A stretch of DNA of 64,000 nt. It comes from Azolla caroliniana. Taxonomy: Eukaryota; Plantae; Polypodiophyta. The stretch lies in NCBI GenBank assembly GCA_043228905.1, contig JBHGNT010000014.1:2170001-2234000 (forward strand), in the 5' to 3' direction. The notes under the pieces were generated by a model, which had not been told where the DNA came from, did no database searches, and worked only from the letters and a program-made list of their open reading frames with translations. Below, one piece after another: positions 12,393 to 26,254 of this stretch. How positions within the stretch are numbered: the stretch's first letter is position 1; every line of letters begins with the position of its first letter. A program made the position numbers and the translations under genes.

Positions 12393-15300
12393 ATCTTGAC
12401 ATTAAACATGTTATGAGTCATGCCCCATATCTATTTTAGTGAAAATCTAAATCAACATCCATAGATAGTAACAATGCTTCACACCAACCTTCTCTTCAAA
12501 TTGGGGGAAAGATGTTTTCAACAATTTTGCAAACTTTTGGCTTTTTTGATGTTCCATGCTTCCAAAAGATTCACCCAATTTAATAACAAAATTAGGAATT
12601 TCCAGTAAAATGATTTACCGTACTCCTAATCGTGTTTTTGTAATATGGGTCCACATAGATTGAATGTATATGCTTACAAAATTAGCTTGTCCTACTGTAG
12701 GTCATATATATTGATGAGAAGTCTCTTATATGCAAAAATCTATCGAATGTGAATTTTGACGACTTTTAAATTGATTTCTATGGTTGATTGGTTCTATTAT
12801 TAATATGTTTCAAACAAAAAGAGCAAATGCAAAAAGATGGTACTGATCATGATTATATATGTATTGTTGTCCTTGAGATGGTACCTGAAAAAAAGGGCCT
12901 CTACATGATAAACGATGTAAGTGACAAAATGTAATTCAACTTAAAAACTCACTGAAAGACGAATTCCGCCTTAGCATCCACATGAACTCAAATACAAACG
13001 ACAAGTGTTGAATGCCATTCAATTAGAAAATTACCCAAAACTATAAGCTTTATTTGAAATTAATAAAAGTATTTATAATATTGCACTTAACTTTGAGGAT
13101 TAAGACTCAAGAGCTCTCCTATATAAAAAATAAATATTAAAATTGGTTAGAGGCTTATATTGGAATTCAATTACGAAACAAATCCAAAATATTTGAGCTC
13201 CAATCACATTTCTTCTTTGTTTTCGTTTTCGTCCTACCCCCACACACAAACTTTTACATAGGACATGGACATGGACATGGCCATTTCAAGGAAAAGCCTT
13301 GCAAAATAGGAGAACAATAACTTGAATTGAAATTAATATAGATTTACACATATCTCTGTAGGGGCCATATTTTCCATATTTTTAAACTTAAGGTTCTTAG
13401 AACTGCTATAAAAAAACAATATTCTAATTCATTTGATCCTAGAACACTAGATAGAGCACACTATTGAAGACCATCTAAGTCAAAGAAGGGACATAGGCCC
13501 TTAGTTGCCTTTAGGGAAAGACATTTTATTATCATCTTGAAAGATCAATTATGACCTATGCGAGGAAAGTGAAACATGAATATTCTATGAGTCTCCAACA
13601 ACTTGTCTCACATTTGAAGATGGTGCTACTCTAAGTTATATGGAACCAATGTTGAAAATGATGGAAAATGGTTGTGTTGTAAAATTTATGGATGATTTGT
13701 TGTGGAATGTATGGATGTTTTTTGCAATTTGGTGCTATGCAAGTAGTGGAAGTGTGAGCTTCAATATATCTCCTCAACATTGGTACATTGATATATTGAG
13801 ACATCATGAAGCACCTCATTAACTAGTAATGTATTGGGACATCATGAAGCTCATTCTCCAAACCCTTTCTTCATTGCCCACATCCATTATAAATGAAGTA
13901 TTTTTCTTTTGTGTGTTTTGGATTGTCTTAGTTGCATCACATAATTTTAACAAGTTGGAGTGAGTTTGTTTTTAACCTTGATTATGTACTCTACAAACCT
14001 TTATTGTATACAAGACACCATGAGAAACACCAAAGGAGGTAATCTTGAGCTTGGATAAACAATGATAACTCTTGTATATGTTGTATTATACAATTGTAAC
14101 TATTGATATACTGCCTTAGCTTTGCTAATCTAGCAAGGTTTTATTATTTGTTTTCTATTTGTCTCTCTCTACCTACCTACCTACCTACAATGTACATCTC
14201 GATCTTGTGTTTCATCATTTGTCTAGTTTTTGCACATAGCAAATCTCCCTACTAACTTTTCTAGTTTATATTGTAAAGTTTTGTTAGGACTCTCATATAG
14301 AGGGGTGTGTGTTGAAAATATCCTAGTAACTTCAAGCGGAGAAGACTTTGAAGATTGTGCATGATATCCATAGGCTCCAAAAGTAGAAGGGGAGATCTAG
14401 GATCTACCTATGAAAGAATAAAAACGGTGATTTTGGGACTACAATGAGAAACCATTGTTGAAAAGTGATATGCTAATATAGGTTATACTTGACTAGTTGT
14501 TGGTGCCAATAAACAACTTAAATCTAGTAGATAATGTCAATTTCCTAGTCTTGGAATGTAAAATAAAAGGATTAAGCTGAACAATACATAGTTGAAAAAT
14601 AATGCCTCAAATAAGGTGTATTTGATGAGAAGTCTATATGAGATTCGGAAATCTAGCATGGTTGGAGCCCATATAACCAAGTTCAATGCTATAAATCAAT
14701 AATGGAAGGTATTGCAGATGAACTAGGACAGAGATGCAAGTGATCATCCTAAAGTATGTTGGGAAACCGGTCCCTCCGGATGGGATCCGGATGAGAACCG
14801 GACAAGAGGGATCACACAAGTCCAAGGAAGAGAACCAGATGGGATGGACCCGGAAGGTATCCGGATGGTCATATTTGTAAATAGCCCCAAAGTTATATGT
14901 TTATAAATATAACTAGGGCAACACTATTTTGTGGTGTTTTTATTGTTATTGTTATCATTATTGTTGTACAAAGAGACAGAGCGAGGGAGAGAGTGTGAGA
15001 TACTGAAACTTTCTTGTTGTAACCACCGGTTGGCGAAGCTTGAGCTCAAGGTTGTTGCCTTTGAGTCTCACACTGTTTGTACGCCTCCTCTATAGTGGTC
15101 TTGTTTGGAGTTAGAGAACTCTCGTGGGTTTTCTCGATTAGGGTTTCCACATTAATATCTTGTGTCGACCCATTTCGAGTGTAAGTGCATTAATCTTTAT
15201 TTCTGTTCTGTTTCTTCCACTGTGATTGAGACTCAGTTGTGGCCGAGCACTATTTCCTACAATATGGTATTAGAGTGAAGTTCTAAACTTCAAACAAAGA

Positions 15301-17514
15301 AAAAACTTGATGGAAGAGTCATTTGGTAGCATGTTCAAGCTCACCGGTTCCAACTACCTAGTGTGGAAGTTGAAGATTAGGAACCTGTTATTGGTAAAAG
15401 ATCTTTGGCTGCCGGTACAGTTTGGGGACAAAAGACCGGACAAGATCGACGCCGTGACTTGGGAGGTAATGCACATGAAAATGACAACATACATTCCATG
15501 CTTCATTGACATGAGCCTATACAATAACTTTAATGAAGAGAATAAGTCCAATGAGCTCTGGGAGAAGATTGGTACGATGTTGGAGAACAAGAACGCTGTA
15601 AATCGGGTCTCAGTATTCCGGAAGATAGTGAGGCTCTAGTATCAAGACGGCGCAACCATGGCAACACATATGAACGCCTTCCAAGGGATGATAAACCAGA
15701 CTAACTTGCTTGAAGTACCGTTAGCCGACGAGGTACTGGCATTGTTATTGCTCGGATCACTTCCGGATAGTTGGGAGACGTTGGTTGTCACTCTGAACAA
15801 TGCCAGACCAAATTGAAAGAGCTTATCCTTGGTGAGAGTGAAGTCAAGTTTGCTAAACGAATTAGAGTGCCAAAAGGACCAAGAGTCCGGAACCAACCCA
15901 AAAGCCCCAGTTACGGAAGATAAGAATAATTGGGGAAGAGGCCGGGCATCGGAATCCCCAGAACCGGGACAAATCAGGCACGAGGTCGAAGTCTAGGGGG
16001 AAGCCTATGTGCTTCTAATGTGGGAAGCCGTGGCACTTCCAGAAGAATTGCCGACACTTCCGGAAGGAGAAAGGAACCGACAATGCCGACTCTAAGAAGG
16101 GTCTGAACTAGAGAAGTTCGGGTCAAAAAGGAATGTCGGCAATTACGACAAGTGAGGAAGAACTACTGCTCATCACCGAGGAGAGCGAGCTACATCTTGT
16201 TAGCAATGAAACGACATGGGTGGTCGACTCCGGAGCGTCGTTCCATCTGACCCCCGACAAGAAGTGCTACGCATCCTACAAAGCCGGAGATCACGATTGT
16301 GTGAGGATGGGGAATGACGGTACATGCTAGATTGTCGGCATAGGAGACATGTGGTTGACGACGTTAACTGGGTACAAGTTGTTGTTAAAAGATGTCCGAC
16401 ATGTTCTGGAGGTTCGGTTGAGCTTGATATCAGCCGGTTGACTGATGATGAGGGCTACACCGGTAGCATCCAAGATAGAGTTATGAAGTTTTGGAAAGGA
16501 ACCATGATAGTGGCCCGAGCCTAGAAGTCAACACGTTGTACCTGATGCATGCCCAGATTTTTCGGGAGAAGTGAATGTGGCATCTGACACTGCCGATGAG
16601 TTGTGGCACAAGAGTTGTACCACATGAGCCAGAAGGGAATGCAGAGACTTGCCGAAGATAACCTCATTCCGGAGGTGAAAGAAGTGCAACTTGAGAAGTG
16701 CACTGATACTTTGGCCGGAAATCAGAACCAAACCTCTTTCCGGTCGAGATCACCGACAAGACGGAAAGAACCACCAAAGCTTGTGTATACCGATGTATGC
16801 AAGGTGCACATGAAATCACATGCTGGGTCGCAGTACTTTGTGATGTTCATCGATAACATGTCGGAAGTTGTGGGTCTCAGCGCTGAAGAAGAAGGACTAG
16901 GTACTATCCGTCTCCAAGGATTTCCATGCGAGAGTGGAAAGGGAAACCGTCTGGAACCTGAAGGCAGTTCGAGCGAACAATGGAGGCGAATACCGGGAAT
17001 AGTTCGAGGAGTACTTCCAATCAAAGGGAATCTAGCTCGAATTCACCGTGCCGAAGACGCCGGAGTTGAACGGACTGGCCGAAAGGATGAACCGGACTAT
17101 GATAGATGTCACGAACATGACAACAGTCATGTCAAGATTCGAACTCTTCACCTCTTGTATATAGTCAAGTGTTATGTTCTAACCAACACATCCAAATACA
17201 TAGTCATGTTTGTGTATCTTAGTATATTATTACTAGTTTATCTATTTCAAGTTGCAAGAATTTTTAGAAAGTTCTAGAACTAGAAGGTTCTAGAGGGTTC
17301 TCGAATATTCTCCAGAATATTCTAATGCATGTACTTCATCTCGTAGTATAAATACTTGTAACCTCCTTAGTCCCATTCAAGGGATTCAACACCAATTACT
17401 GACACGTCAATCTAGTATTCTTGTTTAGCCCCATCTTCTCTCCTTGGTTTACATCTCTGTCTTTATGCTCTTGTATTGTTTCTAGCGTCTTAAGTTCCTC
17501 ATCCCGTTGCTCAA

Positions 17515-18891
17515 ATGTCGAATGTCCAAATTAGAAAAGAAAAGATGCATAAGAAAGCTAACCCAAATAGATTTCCAAGAATATCTTGCATGTGAAAGTT
17601 GGGGCTAGAAAACAGAAATAGTGAGGAAAAGAAAAGTCGACTCATATAGACAAGCTTTTTTTTAGGGGAAAAAGGCAAGCAACCCTAAACCTATAAATAA
17701 GAGCCTATTCTTGTGAAGAAAGGGGGGGACGGAGAAGGAACGTGGAAACTCTACTCAATTGGAAAGTGGAAGAAGAAGGATCAACAACATCGAGAGGCAT
17801 CATCAACAAAGAAACTCCTATACTCCACTCTCTTCTTTCCTCCACCTCTCTTCCCCCATTCATTTATAAACAATCCTTCATATTCACATCCAACCCATTG
17901 TAACATGATTCTTATATTATAAAAGAATCTATTATATTAATATAAACTAATGTTTTCTTTCATCTACTTGTCTTATGTGTAAATCTTGATTGTGCTTATT
18001 TGTTATCTTCATTTGTGCTTATTTGTTTGTGTGTCTTATGACAAGGGAGTGTTTCAGGCTTGCCCATGCACCTCTCCTTTCACAAAGGCATTCAAACCTA
18101 CATGTCTTATATGTTATCGCCGTTTGTGCTTATTTTCTTGTGTGTCTTGTGACAAGGGAGCGTTTTGGGCTTGTCCATGCACCTCTCCTTTCACAAAGGC
18201 ATTCAAACTTACGTGTCTTGCGTGTTAGTGTAAATCTTGCTTGTGTGTTCGTGCGAGTTGTAGCAAGGGAGCATTCGGGCTTGCCCATGCACCTCTACTT
18301 TCACAAAGGCGTTCAAAATTGTTTCTCGTGTGTGTAAACCTTGCTTGTGTATTCGTGCGACTTGTGGCAAGGGAGCATTCGGGCTTGCCCATGCACCTCT
18401 CCTTTCACAAAGGCGTTTGAAATTGTTTCTCCCTGTGTAAACCTTGCTTGTGTGTTCGTGCGACTTATGGCAAGGGAGCGTTCGGGCTTGCCCATGCACC
18501 TCTCCTTTCACAAAGGTGTTCGAAATTGTGTCTCCCGTGCATAAACCTTGCTTGTGTGTTCGCGTGTTTTGTAACAAGGGAGCGTTCGGGCTAAGCCCAT
18601 TCACCTCTCTTTTCACAAAGGCATTCGAAACTCTGTCTCTCGTGTGTGTAAGTAAGCCTTTTCCTTGTGTGTCCATGTGTAAGCCTTCCTCATGTGCCTT
18701 CGTTCGCCTTGTGACTAGGGGTTGATTCGGGCTTGCCCATGGACCTCTTCTTTTCACAAACATGTTCAAATACTCGTGCCTTGTTTGTGTAAGCCTTCCT
18801 TTTGTTGTGTGTGTAAGCCCTATTTCCTTCCCGTCCATAACCCTGGCGGTTCTGCCTCACGATCCGCACATAGTGACGGATTTTCACGACA
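17515..18891 (+). mobile_element. 5'-truncated LTR of the ...CACGACA family, carrying ~103-112-bp tandem repeats (~18000-18800)
   Basis: The 3' end (GGCGGTTCTGCCTCACGATCCGCACATAGTGACGGATTTTCACGACA) matches the ends at 33685 and 35909 and is followed by ACGT. Repeat core GACAAGGGAGCGTTCGGGCTTGCCCATGCACCTCTCCTTTCACAAAGGC, about 7 copies. Left boundary approximate. Confidence 0.7.
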
Positions 18892-19579
18892 ACGTTTGTA
18901 ACCTTATGGGTTGTAGCCTAGTCATTCGTGGTCCGTCGTAGTCTAGGGTTGGTGTGTCCGTGACAGTTTGAATCCCTTCTAACTAGCAGCATTACCCGTC
19001 TTAATCTTCGCCCTTGCTTCTAGAGTTACCATCATTAACATCCCTTCGTTTTCTATCTTCCTTGCCATCGCTATCTCTTAGTTTCTTTTCATCATTGTCT
19101 TTCTCTTTTCTCTCCTAGTTTCTTCTCATCTCTATCTCTTAGTTTCTTCTCATCATCATCTTTATATCTCTGCACTTCTTATCATCTTCCACATCCCTAT
19201 CCTTGCATTTTTTTTCATTGTCATCCTTCTCCTTGTGTTTCCTACCATTTTCATCTCTATCTAATATGTGTTTCTTATTATCTTCGTCACTTTCTCTACG
19301 TTTCCTATCACCTTCATCCCTATCTTTGTGTTTTCTATCATCCTTGGTATATGTGTCTTTGTGTTTCTTCAGAACCTCAACATCTCGATCTCTATGTTTC
19401 TTATCCTCTTCATCTCTTTCTCCGCTTCCATCATTGCCATAGTCAAAGTCGTTGCTTCCAAAGTCGCTTCGTCAACATCATTGCCTTCATTGCTTCTTCT
19501 TCGATATCATCATCTTCAACCCTCTTGTTGTCATCATCAACACTACTTTGCCTAGTCGTCATTGTTTTCAAGTGTTCCG

Positions 19580-20050
19580 GTTCCCAGTGAGGACCATACA
19601 TGGTCACTCACGCCCGTTGGTGTTCCAATACTTGGTGAGGAGCGCACATGGTCGCTCACGTTTGTTGGTGTTTGTGTCTCTGGTGAGGACTGCACATGGT
19701 CGTTCACACTCGTTGGTGTTCTAGTTCCTGGTGAGGACCGTATCTGGTCGCTCAAGTCCCTTGGTGTTCTAGTTCTCGGTGAGGACCTCACATGGTCGCT
19801 CATGCTCGTTGGTGTTCATGTCTCCGGTGAGGACCTCACGTGGTCGCGCACTCCCGTTGGTGTTTGTGTCTCTGGTGAGGACCATACATGCTCTCCCACA
19901 CCCGTTGCTGCTTCAATTCCCGGTGAGGACCTCACGTGGTCGCGCACGCCCGTTGGTGTTCGTGTCTCCGGTGAGGACCATACATGCTCTCTCACACCCG
20001 TTGCTGCTTCAATTCCCTATGAGGACCACGCATGGTCGCTCACGTTCACT
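19580..20050. repeat. 48-bp minisatellite, ~10 copies
   Basis: GGTGAGGAC recurs at a 48-bp period from ~19586 to ~20018. This explains ORF 19562-20137. Confidence 0.9.
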
Positions 20051-20393
20051 TGTGCACATGGTCAGCCACTCCTCAACCTACTCTGGTTTTCTCTTTCAAC
20101 CCACCCCTACACCACGCTTCTGAAAAGGCGGCCGTAAAGGGGGGGATAATGTCACGGACATGACAATAGTCATGTCAAGGTTTGAACTCTTCACCTCTTG
20201 TATATAGTCAAGGGTTATGTTCTCACCAACACATCCAAATACATAGTCATGTTATGTGTATCTTAGTATATTATTACTAGATTATCTATTTCAAGTTACA
20301 GGAGTTTTTAGAAAGTTCTAGAACTAGAAGGTTCTAGAGGGTTCTCGAATATTCTCCAGAATATACTAATGCATGTACTTTAACTTGTAGTAT

Positions 20394-23300
20394 TGTAGAA
20401 GATTATGTGCGGAAGCATAAGACAACAACTTGGTTGTGTAGCAGTAGAGAGAGAGAGAGAGAGAATAATACACAGAATACAGAGGGTACTGAGGAGAGAC
20501 AGAGAGAGCAAAATGTTTAAATCTATTACAAAACAATAATAGTTCTCTGTACATGAAACGTGCTCAACAACACTATTTATACAAGTCCAGAGAGGACTGA
20601 CAGAAGTACCGTGTACTTCAATGCTCACTCGAGCGTCTGGCACTAACTACAAGACTATTAACTCCCTAGTAGTCTAGTTGCTACTAGGCTTCTAGTTACT
20701 GATGGATCCGGCTAACCAGCTCCCCAGCTCACCGACTCACTTGTTTACCGGGTTACCGATCCGGCTCAGGCTTATTCAGCCGATCCGGATCCGGTTGAGC
20801 TTGCCGCTCAACACTCCCCCTCAAGCTCAAGTTGAGGTCTGGTCGTAGTGTCAACGTTTGTGGCAACCGATCCTTCTACCCAGCTCCTTCTAGCGTCGCT
20901 CCACCTCGCTCGCGCTCCTCGTCCGGTCTGGTTCCGTTTGCTGTGACCCTTCTGTTCCTGCGCACCTCGACCTCCTCGGTCGGCTTGTCTGCTCAACAGG
21001 CCCAATTCAGCTCCCTCGTTGCTGTGACTTCGGCTTTTTCCGATTCACCGATCCCTTCGTGTTGGCGTCGCCTTTCACTGCCTTCTCGTCCTCTTGGCCT
21101 TGAATCCTTCTGTAGAACCGAATCGGTTGTCTTTGATTCGTTCCAGCTCTTGTCTGAATCGGTTGCTCCCGATTCGTCTTCCAGTTCCAGGCCCTTCACC
21201 ACATCGGACCATGTCCAAGTCTTGGCCTTCTTCTTCCGGTCGGCTCTGTCCTTCTTGACTCCGCCGCCACTGCCGCTTGTTTCGACTTGTTTGGATGTGT
21301 CAACTTTGTCGACTCAGCTCCTTTCTTCTTCTTATCTCCCCCCTTGCCGGTTCTTCCCTTACTGGCGCAATCGACACTCTCTTTGCCTTTGCCCGTTCCG
21401 GTGGTGTCTTTGCCCATTCTCCCCCTCAAGTGTGGCACGTTGAGATGTTGAACACTAAGCATTTCGGTGAAGTGCTACAACTTGTCCTATCCAAGCGGTT
21501 TGGTGAAGATGTCGGCGACCTGCCGATCTGTCTGGACATATCGAAGTTCTACTTCACCGCTCAGGACACGCTCACGCACGAAGTGGTAGTGCACTTCTAT
21601 GTGCTTTGTGCAACAATGGAATACGGGGTTCTTGGCGAGCTACATGCTGCTTATGTTGTCACAGTAGATCAGGATCGGGGTCAACACTTCAATCCGCAGT
21701 GCAGGTCTTGCAGCAGTCGCCGAAGCCAAATGGCTTCACAGGTGGCAACGGTAGTGCCTCAGTATTCAACCTTAGTGCTCGACAGAGCCACTGTTGGCTG
21801 CTTTTTGTTGCTCCATGCAATAGCTGCGCTACCAAGGGAGAACATGTAACCGGAAGTTGATCGGCGATCTGATGCATCGCCGGCCCAGTTGGCATCCATG
21901 TAACCAACTAGCTCTTCGATTATACCTCGTCAGTATAACAGTCCCCGGTCCTTCGTGCCGCTTACATACCACAGTATTCGGCACGCGCACTGAAGATGCT
22001 CTATGGTCGGCTTCTGCATGAATTGGCTAATCACACCGACCGGATAACTGATGTCGGGTTGGGTGATGGTCAAGTATATAAGGCTTCCGACAATTTGTCT
22101 GAACCGTTTCTCATTGCAGGCCGGTCCGGAGTTGGTACGGAGCTTCTGGTTCCGGTCCAGGGGTGTTGAGATAGGTCGCCATTCCGTCATGCCGAACTTG
22201 TACAACATATTCAACACATAGTGTCTTTGTGAGAGCAATATGTTGTCGGGGGTTTGGATCACCTCAATCCCAAGGACATAGTGAAGGTTCCCCAGGTCCT
22301 TCATCTCAAATGCTTCCGACAGCTGGGCCTTGACTCGGCTGATTTCATCGAGTCTGGGTCCGGTGATGACTAGATCATCAACATACAACAAAATGCAAGT
22401 CGGACCGTCCGGACCTTGCCGTATGAACAATGAACAGCCGGATTTGGAGGCCACAAACCCCATCTTACGCAACTGGTGCGTGAACTTCGCATTCCAAGCT
22501 CAGGGGGCTTGCTTTAGGTCATAAAGTGACTTCTTCAGTTGGCATACCGCTGACTTATTCATCTCTAATTGAAAACTGGGGGGTTGGGTCATAAAGACCT
22601 CTTCTTCAAGATCTCCTTGAAGAAACGCATTCTTCACATCCATCTAGTGAAGATGCCACCTCCTTGTCGCAGCAACTGCCAATACCACACGAATCGTCGT
22701 TAGCTTCGCTACTGGGGCAAAGGTCTTGTTATAGTCGATTCCATGGGTCTGCGCGTATCCCTTCGCCACTAACTGGGCCTTGTATCGGTTAACTGAACCA
22801 TCAACGTTGTACTTTACCTTGTACACCCACTTGCATCCGATCAGTTTACAGTGTTGGGGAGGGTCAACTAGGTCCCATGTGTCGTTGGCATCAAGTGGCT
22901 GCATTTCTTCCTCCATAGTGACACGCCAATTTGCGTCCTTTGCCGCTTCAACGTAGCTCCCCAGCTCATGCACTTCCGCCACCTTGGTCATGTACGCATA
23001 GTGATGCGCCATGTACTCATTGTACCCATACCGTGTCACGGGATTCTTCTGGCGGGAAGACCGGCGTAACTTGGTATTACCCGGTTTGGGGCCCTTCTTG
23101 GCCAGGTCGGACTTCATTCTCGAAGATCTGCCTTCATCTTTTCCGGGGTCGGATTCGCACAGATCCGACTCAACGTTGCTGATTTTGTATTCCGACATCT
23201 TCTTCTTCCCCTTCTCTTTGCACGTGAACCGTCTCCTAGGTTCCTTGGGCGTGGAGAGCATGGCAGAGTCTCCACTACTCACCGGTTCCTCATCTGACTG

Positions 23301-26254
23301 GTCATCTCGACTCATCAACTCATTCGGTCCACTTAACCGAAATGAGATCGGACTCTCTTCTAGAGTGCCGACGTCTTCATCTTCTAACTGGACCGGTTCA
23401 GGCTCACTAGCCTCAACCTCCGGTATCGGCTCGGGGTCAGAAGTCAGAGCTGGTTAGGCATACCATGATGCCGTCTCATCAAACTCAACATCGCGGCTAA
23501 CTCGGACCTGCTTCGTCCGGGGGTTATAACATTTATACCCCTTTTGCTCATGTGAGTAGTCGACGAGGATGCACTTCTCCGATTTTGCATCCAGCTTCCT
23601 CCGCTTCTCATCCGGCACATGCACACATATGCTATGTTGCCGAAAATCCAAAGGTGTCTCAAATTTGGCTTGCGCCCGAAATACAGCTCATGCGCGGACA
23701 CCTTGTCACCGATCCGGTTTTCAATGTAGATGGCCGTTCGAACCGCCTCCGCCCAGTAGAAATGGGGCATGCTCTTCTCTTCCAACATTGCCCTTGCCGT
23801 GTTGACAAGCGACCAGTTCTTCCTTTCAGCCACACCGTTTTGCTATGGTGTGTATCTGCAGCTGAACTCTCGCCGAATTCCTCTTTGTTGCAGATAACTT
23901 TTGAATTGGCCGGAAAAATATTCTTTTCCGCCATTCGACCGCAGGCACTTGATCTTCCTCTCTGTTTCCCATTCAACCAGACTTTGCAGGCTCCGAAAAC
24001 ACTTGAAGACTTCGCTCTTCCGCTCAATGAGGTAGATCCATGTGTGCCGGTTGTAGTCGTCGATGAAGGAGACGAAATATCGACTCCCGCCAAGACTCAC
24101 GTTTTGTGCCGGTCCCCATACATCCGAATGAATAAGGTCAATCTTGTTATGACTACGATTTCGTTCGGTGGGGAATGGAAGCCGGTGTTGCTTTCTGAGT
24201 TAGCAGGCTTCACATATTTGGGCCTTCTGGCCACTGAACTTCGGCAAACCGAAAACAACTTGTTTCATTTGCAGGTCTTGAAGCCTCCGGTAATTGATGT
24301 GGCCGATCCGCTTGTGCCACAGGTCGATGTCTGATTCGACCTTCTGTCCTTTGGCAAACAAAGTAGTGCCGACCTCATTGGTGTTGAGGATGAACATCCT
24401 CCCGTCTCTGCGCCCTTGCGCAATGATTTGGCCCTCTTCCTCGATGAAGCACCCGAGGCGAGTAAACCGCACCTGCATCTCCTGGTCGACAATCTGTCCA
24501 ACCGACACCAAGTTCTTTGTGATAGTCGGAATGTGTAATATGTTCATCAGCTTCCCCCTCTGTCCGACGTGGCTCAAAGGGACTTCTCCGATATGCACGA
24601 TTGGGTGAGGAGTGTCGTCTCCGGTTTCGACAACACCCGGTTGTTCCGGTTTCTCTAGGAAGGAGAACCACTCTTTGTGGCTCGTCATGTGATTCGACGC
24701 ACCGGAATCAACATACCATACTTCCTCCGATTTGGAAGTGGTCTTCTTCATCGAATTTGCCTCGTGCTTCATCACCAAGGCTGACCCCTTACCGGTGTTC
24801 CTGGTTCCGGATCCTTTCGATCCTTGCGCGTAGTGCGAGCTTTGCCGGTTCTCCCGACCGGTTTTGCCGGATCCAGATCTATCCAAATTGGCGCACTTCT
24901 TCCAGCACTCGCTTTCTATGTGGCCCTTTTTGCCACAGTACCAACATTCCGTGGCGGATTTGTCTTGCCGGCCTCTGGCGTCGCCTTGACTCCCCCTGCT
25001 TGTGGAAGTCCCGGAATTGTTGTCGGCACATTCTCTGTGCCTTCTTTCCTGCTCTTGCCGGCCGCCTCTAGTGCGTGCCGACCCACCTCTTCCCCCACGC
25101 CCACGGGGCCTATCCACCTCCGTGTACAGCATCCGGTTGACCGATTGAGTGGTCCTGGACCCACTCGCATGGTTTTCTTCGACCATAAGCATCGATTGCA
25201 AGTCGAAGAAGGTTGGTGGTTTCTCTCGGGTGTAGATCGTTGTCCGGATTGGCCCGTACCTTTGCGCTAGACCACCAAGCCAGATTTGTACCATTTCGTC
25301 TTCGTCCACCGTCACGTTGATGGACCCAAGTGCATCGCAAATCTCCTTTATTTTGGTGGTGTAGTCCGTAACCGTCATATCTCTTTGTCGGATGTTGTTC
25401 AGCTCTTGCCGGAGCTGCAACTTACGGGCGAAGGTACTTGCGGCGAAAATCTTACCCAGATTTTCCCAGGCCTCCTTCGGTGTCTTTGCATCCCGGATGT
25501 AGCCGAGCATCTGGTCGTGCACACAAGATGCGAGGCAATATAATACTCGGCTCACTCCTTGCTCCCATATCGGGAAGTCATTGTGTCCAGGCTCTGGTGC
25601 TACCTCATTTGTTCCTTCCACGAAACTCCAATACCCATGCCCCAGTAGGTACTGGTGCATTTTGTATGACTAGGATGCATAGTTGCTCCGATCGAGCTTC
25701 ACTATAGGAAGCGAACTCGCCATACCTCTGTCCATATTTTTTTTCTCTGTCTACTATTCTGTTCTCCCAACCTGTAGGGTTTGTCTTGCAAAAGCGAATG
25801 TCGGCTGTAGAGGTCTTCAAGCCTTGCGCTCTGATACCATGTAGAAGATTATGTGCGGAAGCGTAAGACAACAGCTTGGCTGTGTAGCAACAGAGAGAGA
25901 GAGAGAGAATAATACATAGAATACAGAGGGTACTGAGGAGAGACAGAGAGAGCAGAACATTTAAATCTATTACAAAACAATAATAGTTCTCTGTACATGA
26001 AATGTGCTCAACACTATTTATACAAGTCCTGAGAGGACTGACAGAAGTACCGCGTACTTGAATGCTCACTCGAGCCTCTAACACTGACTACGAGACTATT
26101 AACTCCCTAGTAGTCTAGTTGCTACTAGGCTTCCGGTTACTGATGGATCCGGCTAACTAGCTCCCCAGCTCACCGACTCACTTGTTCACCGGGGCACCGA
26201 TCCGGCTCAGGCTTATTCAGCCGATCCGGATCTGGTTGAGCTTGCCGCTCAACA
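20394..26254 (-). mobile_element. Full-length Ty1/copia retrotransposon with decayed gag-PR-IN-RT-RH. LTRs 25840-26254 (5') and 20394-20813 (3')
   Basis: TG...CA LTRs, 5-bp TSD AGTAT on both sides, iMet PBS TGGTATCAGAGC (25828-25839) and PPT at 20814-20826. Motifs CWYCGKKGHIESEC, WYVDSGASNH, LWHKRIGH, FIDDYNR, CKWVYKVK, LYVDDL. Internal stops and frameshifts. Confidence 0.97.
21432..25723 (-). pseudogene. Copia gag-pol polyprotein (disrupted)
   Basis: ORF fragments 24200-25660, 23843-24100, 23444-23833, 22644-23318 and 21930-22472 lie in copia domain order. Start MASSLPIVKLDRSNY at 25723. Confidence 0.9.

Noticed and set aside
13570-14750. Possible further LTR remnants (PPT-like AGAGGGGTGTG then TGTTG at ~14310)
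   Set aside because: No partner LTR, TSD or coding motif found to define an element.
17986-20137. ORFs of 100-209 aa (18209-18838, 19562-20137)
   Set aside because: Translations of tandem repeats.
20814-21430. env-like extra ORF between pol and the 3' LTR of the copia element
   Set aside because: Only short low-complexity ORFs, with no transmembrane or conserved motif; treated as 3' non-coding sequence.
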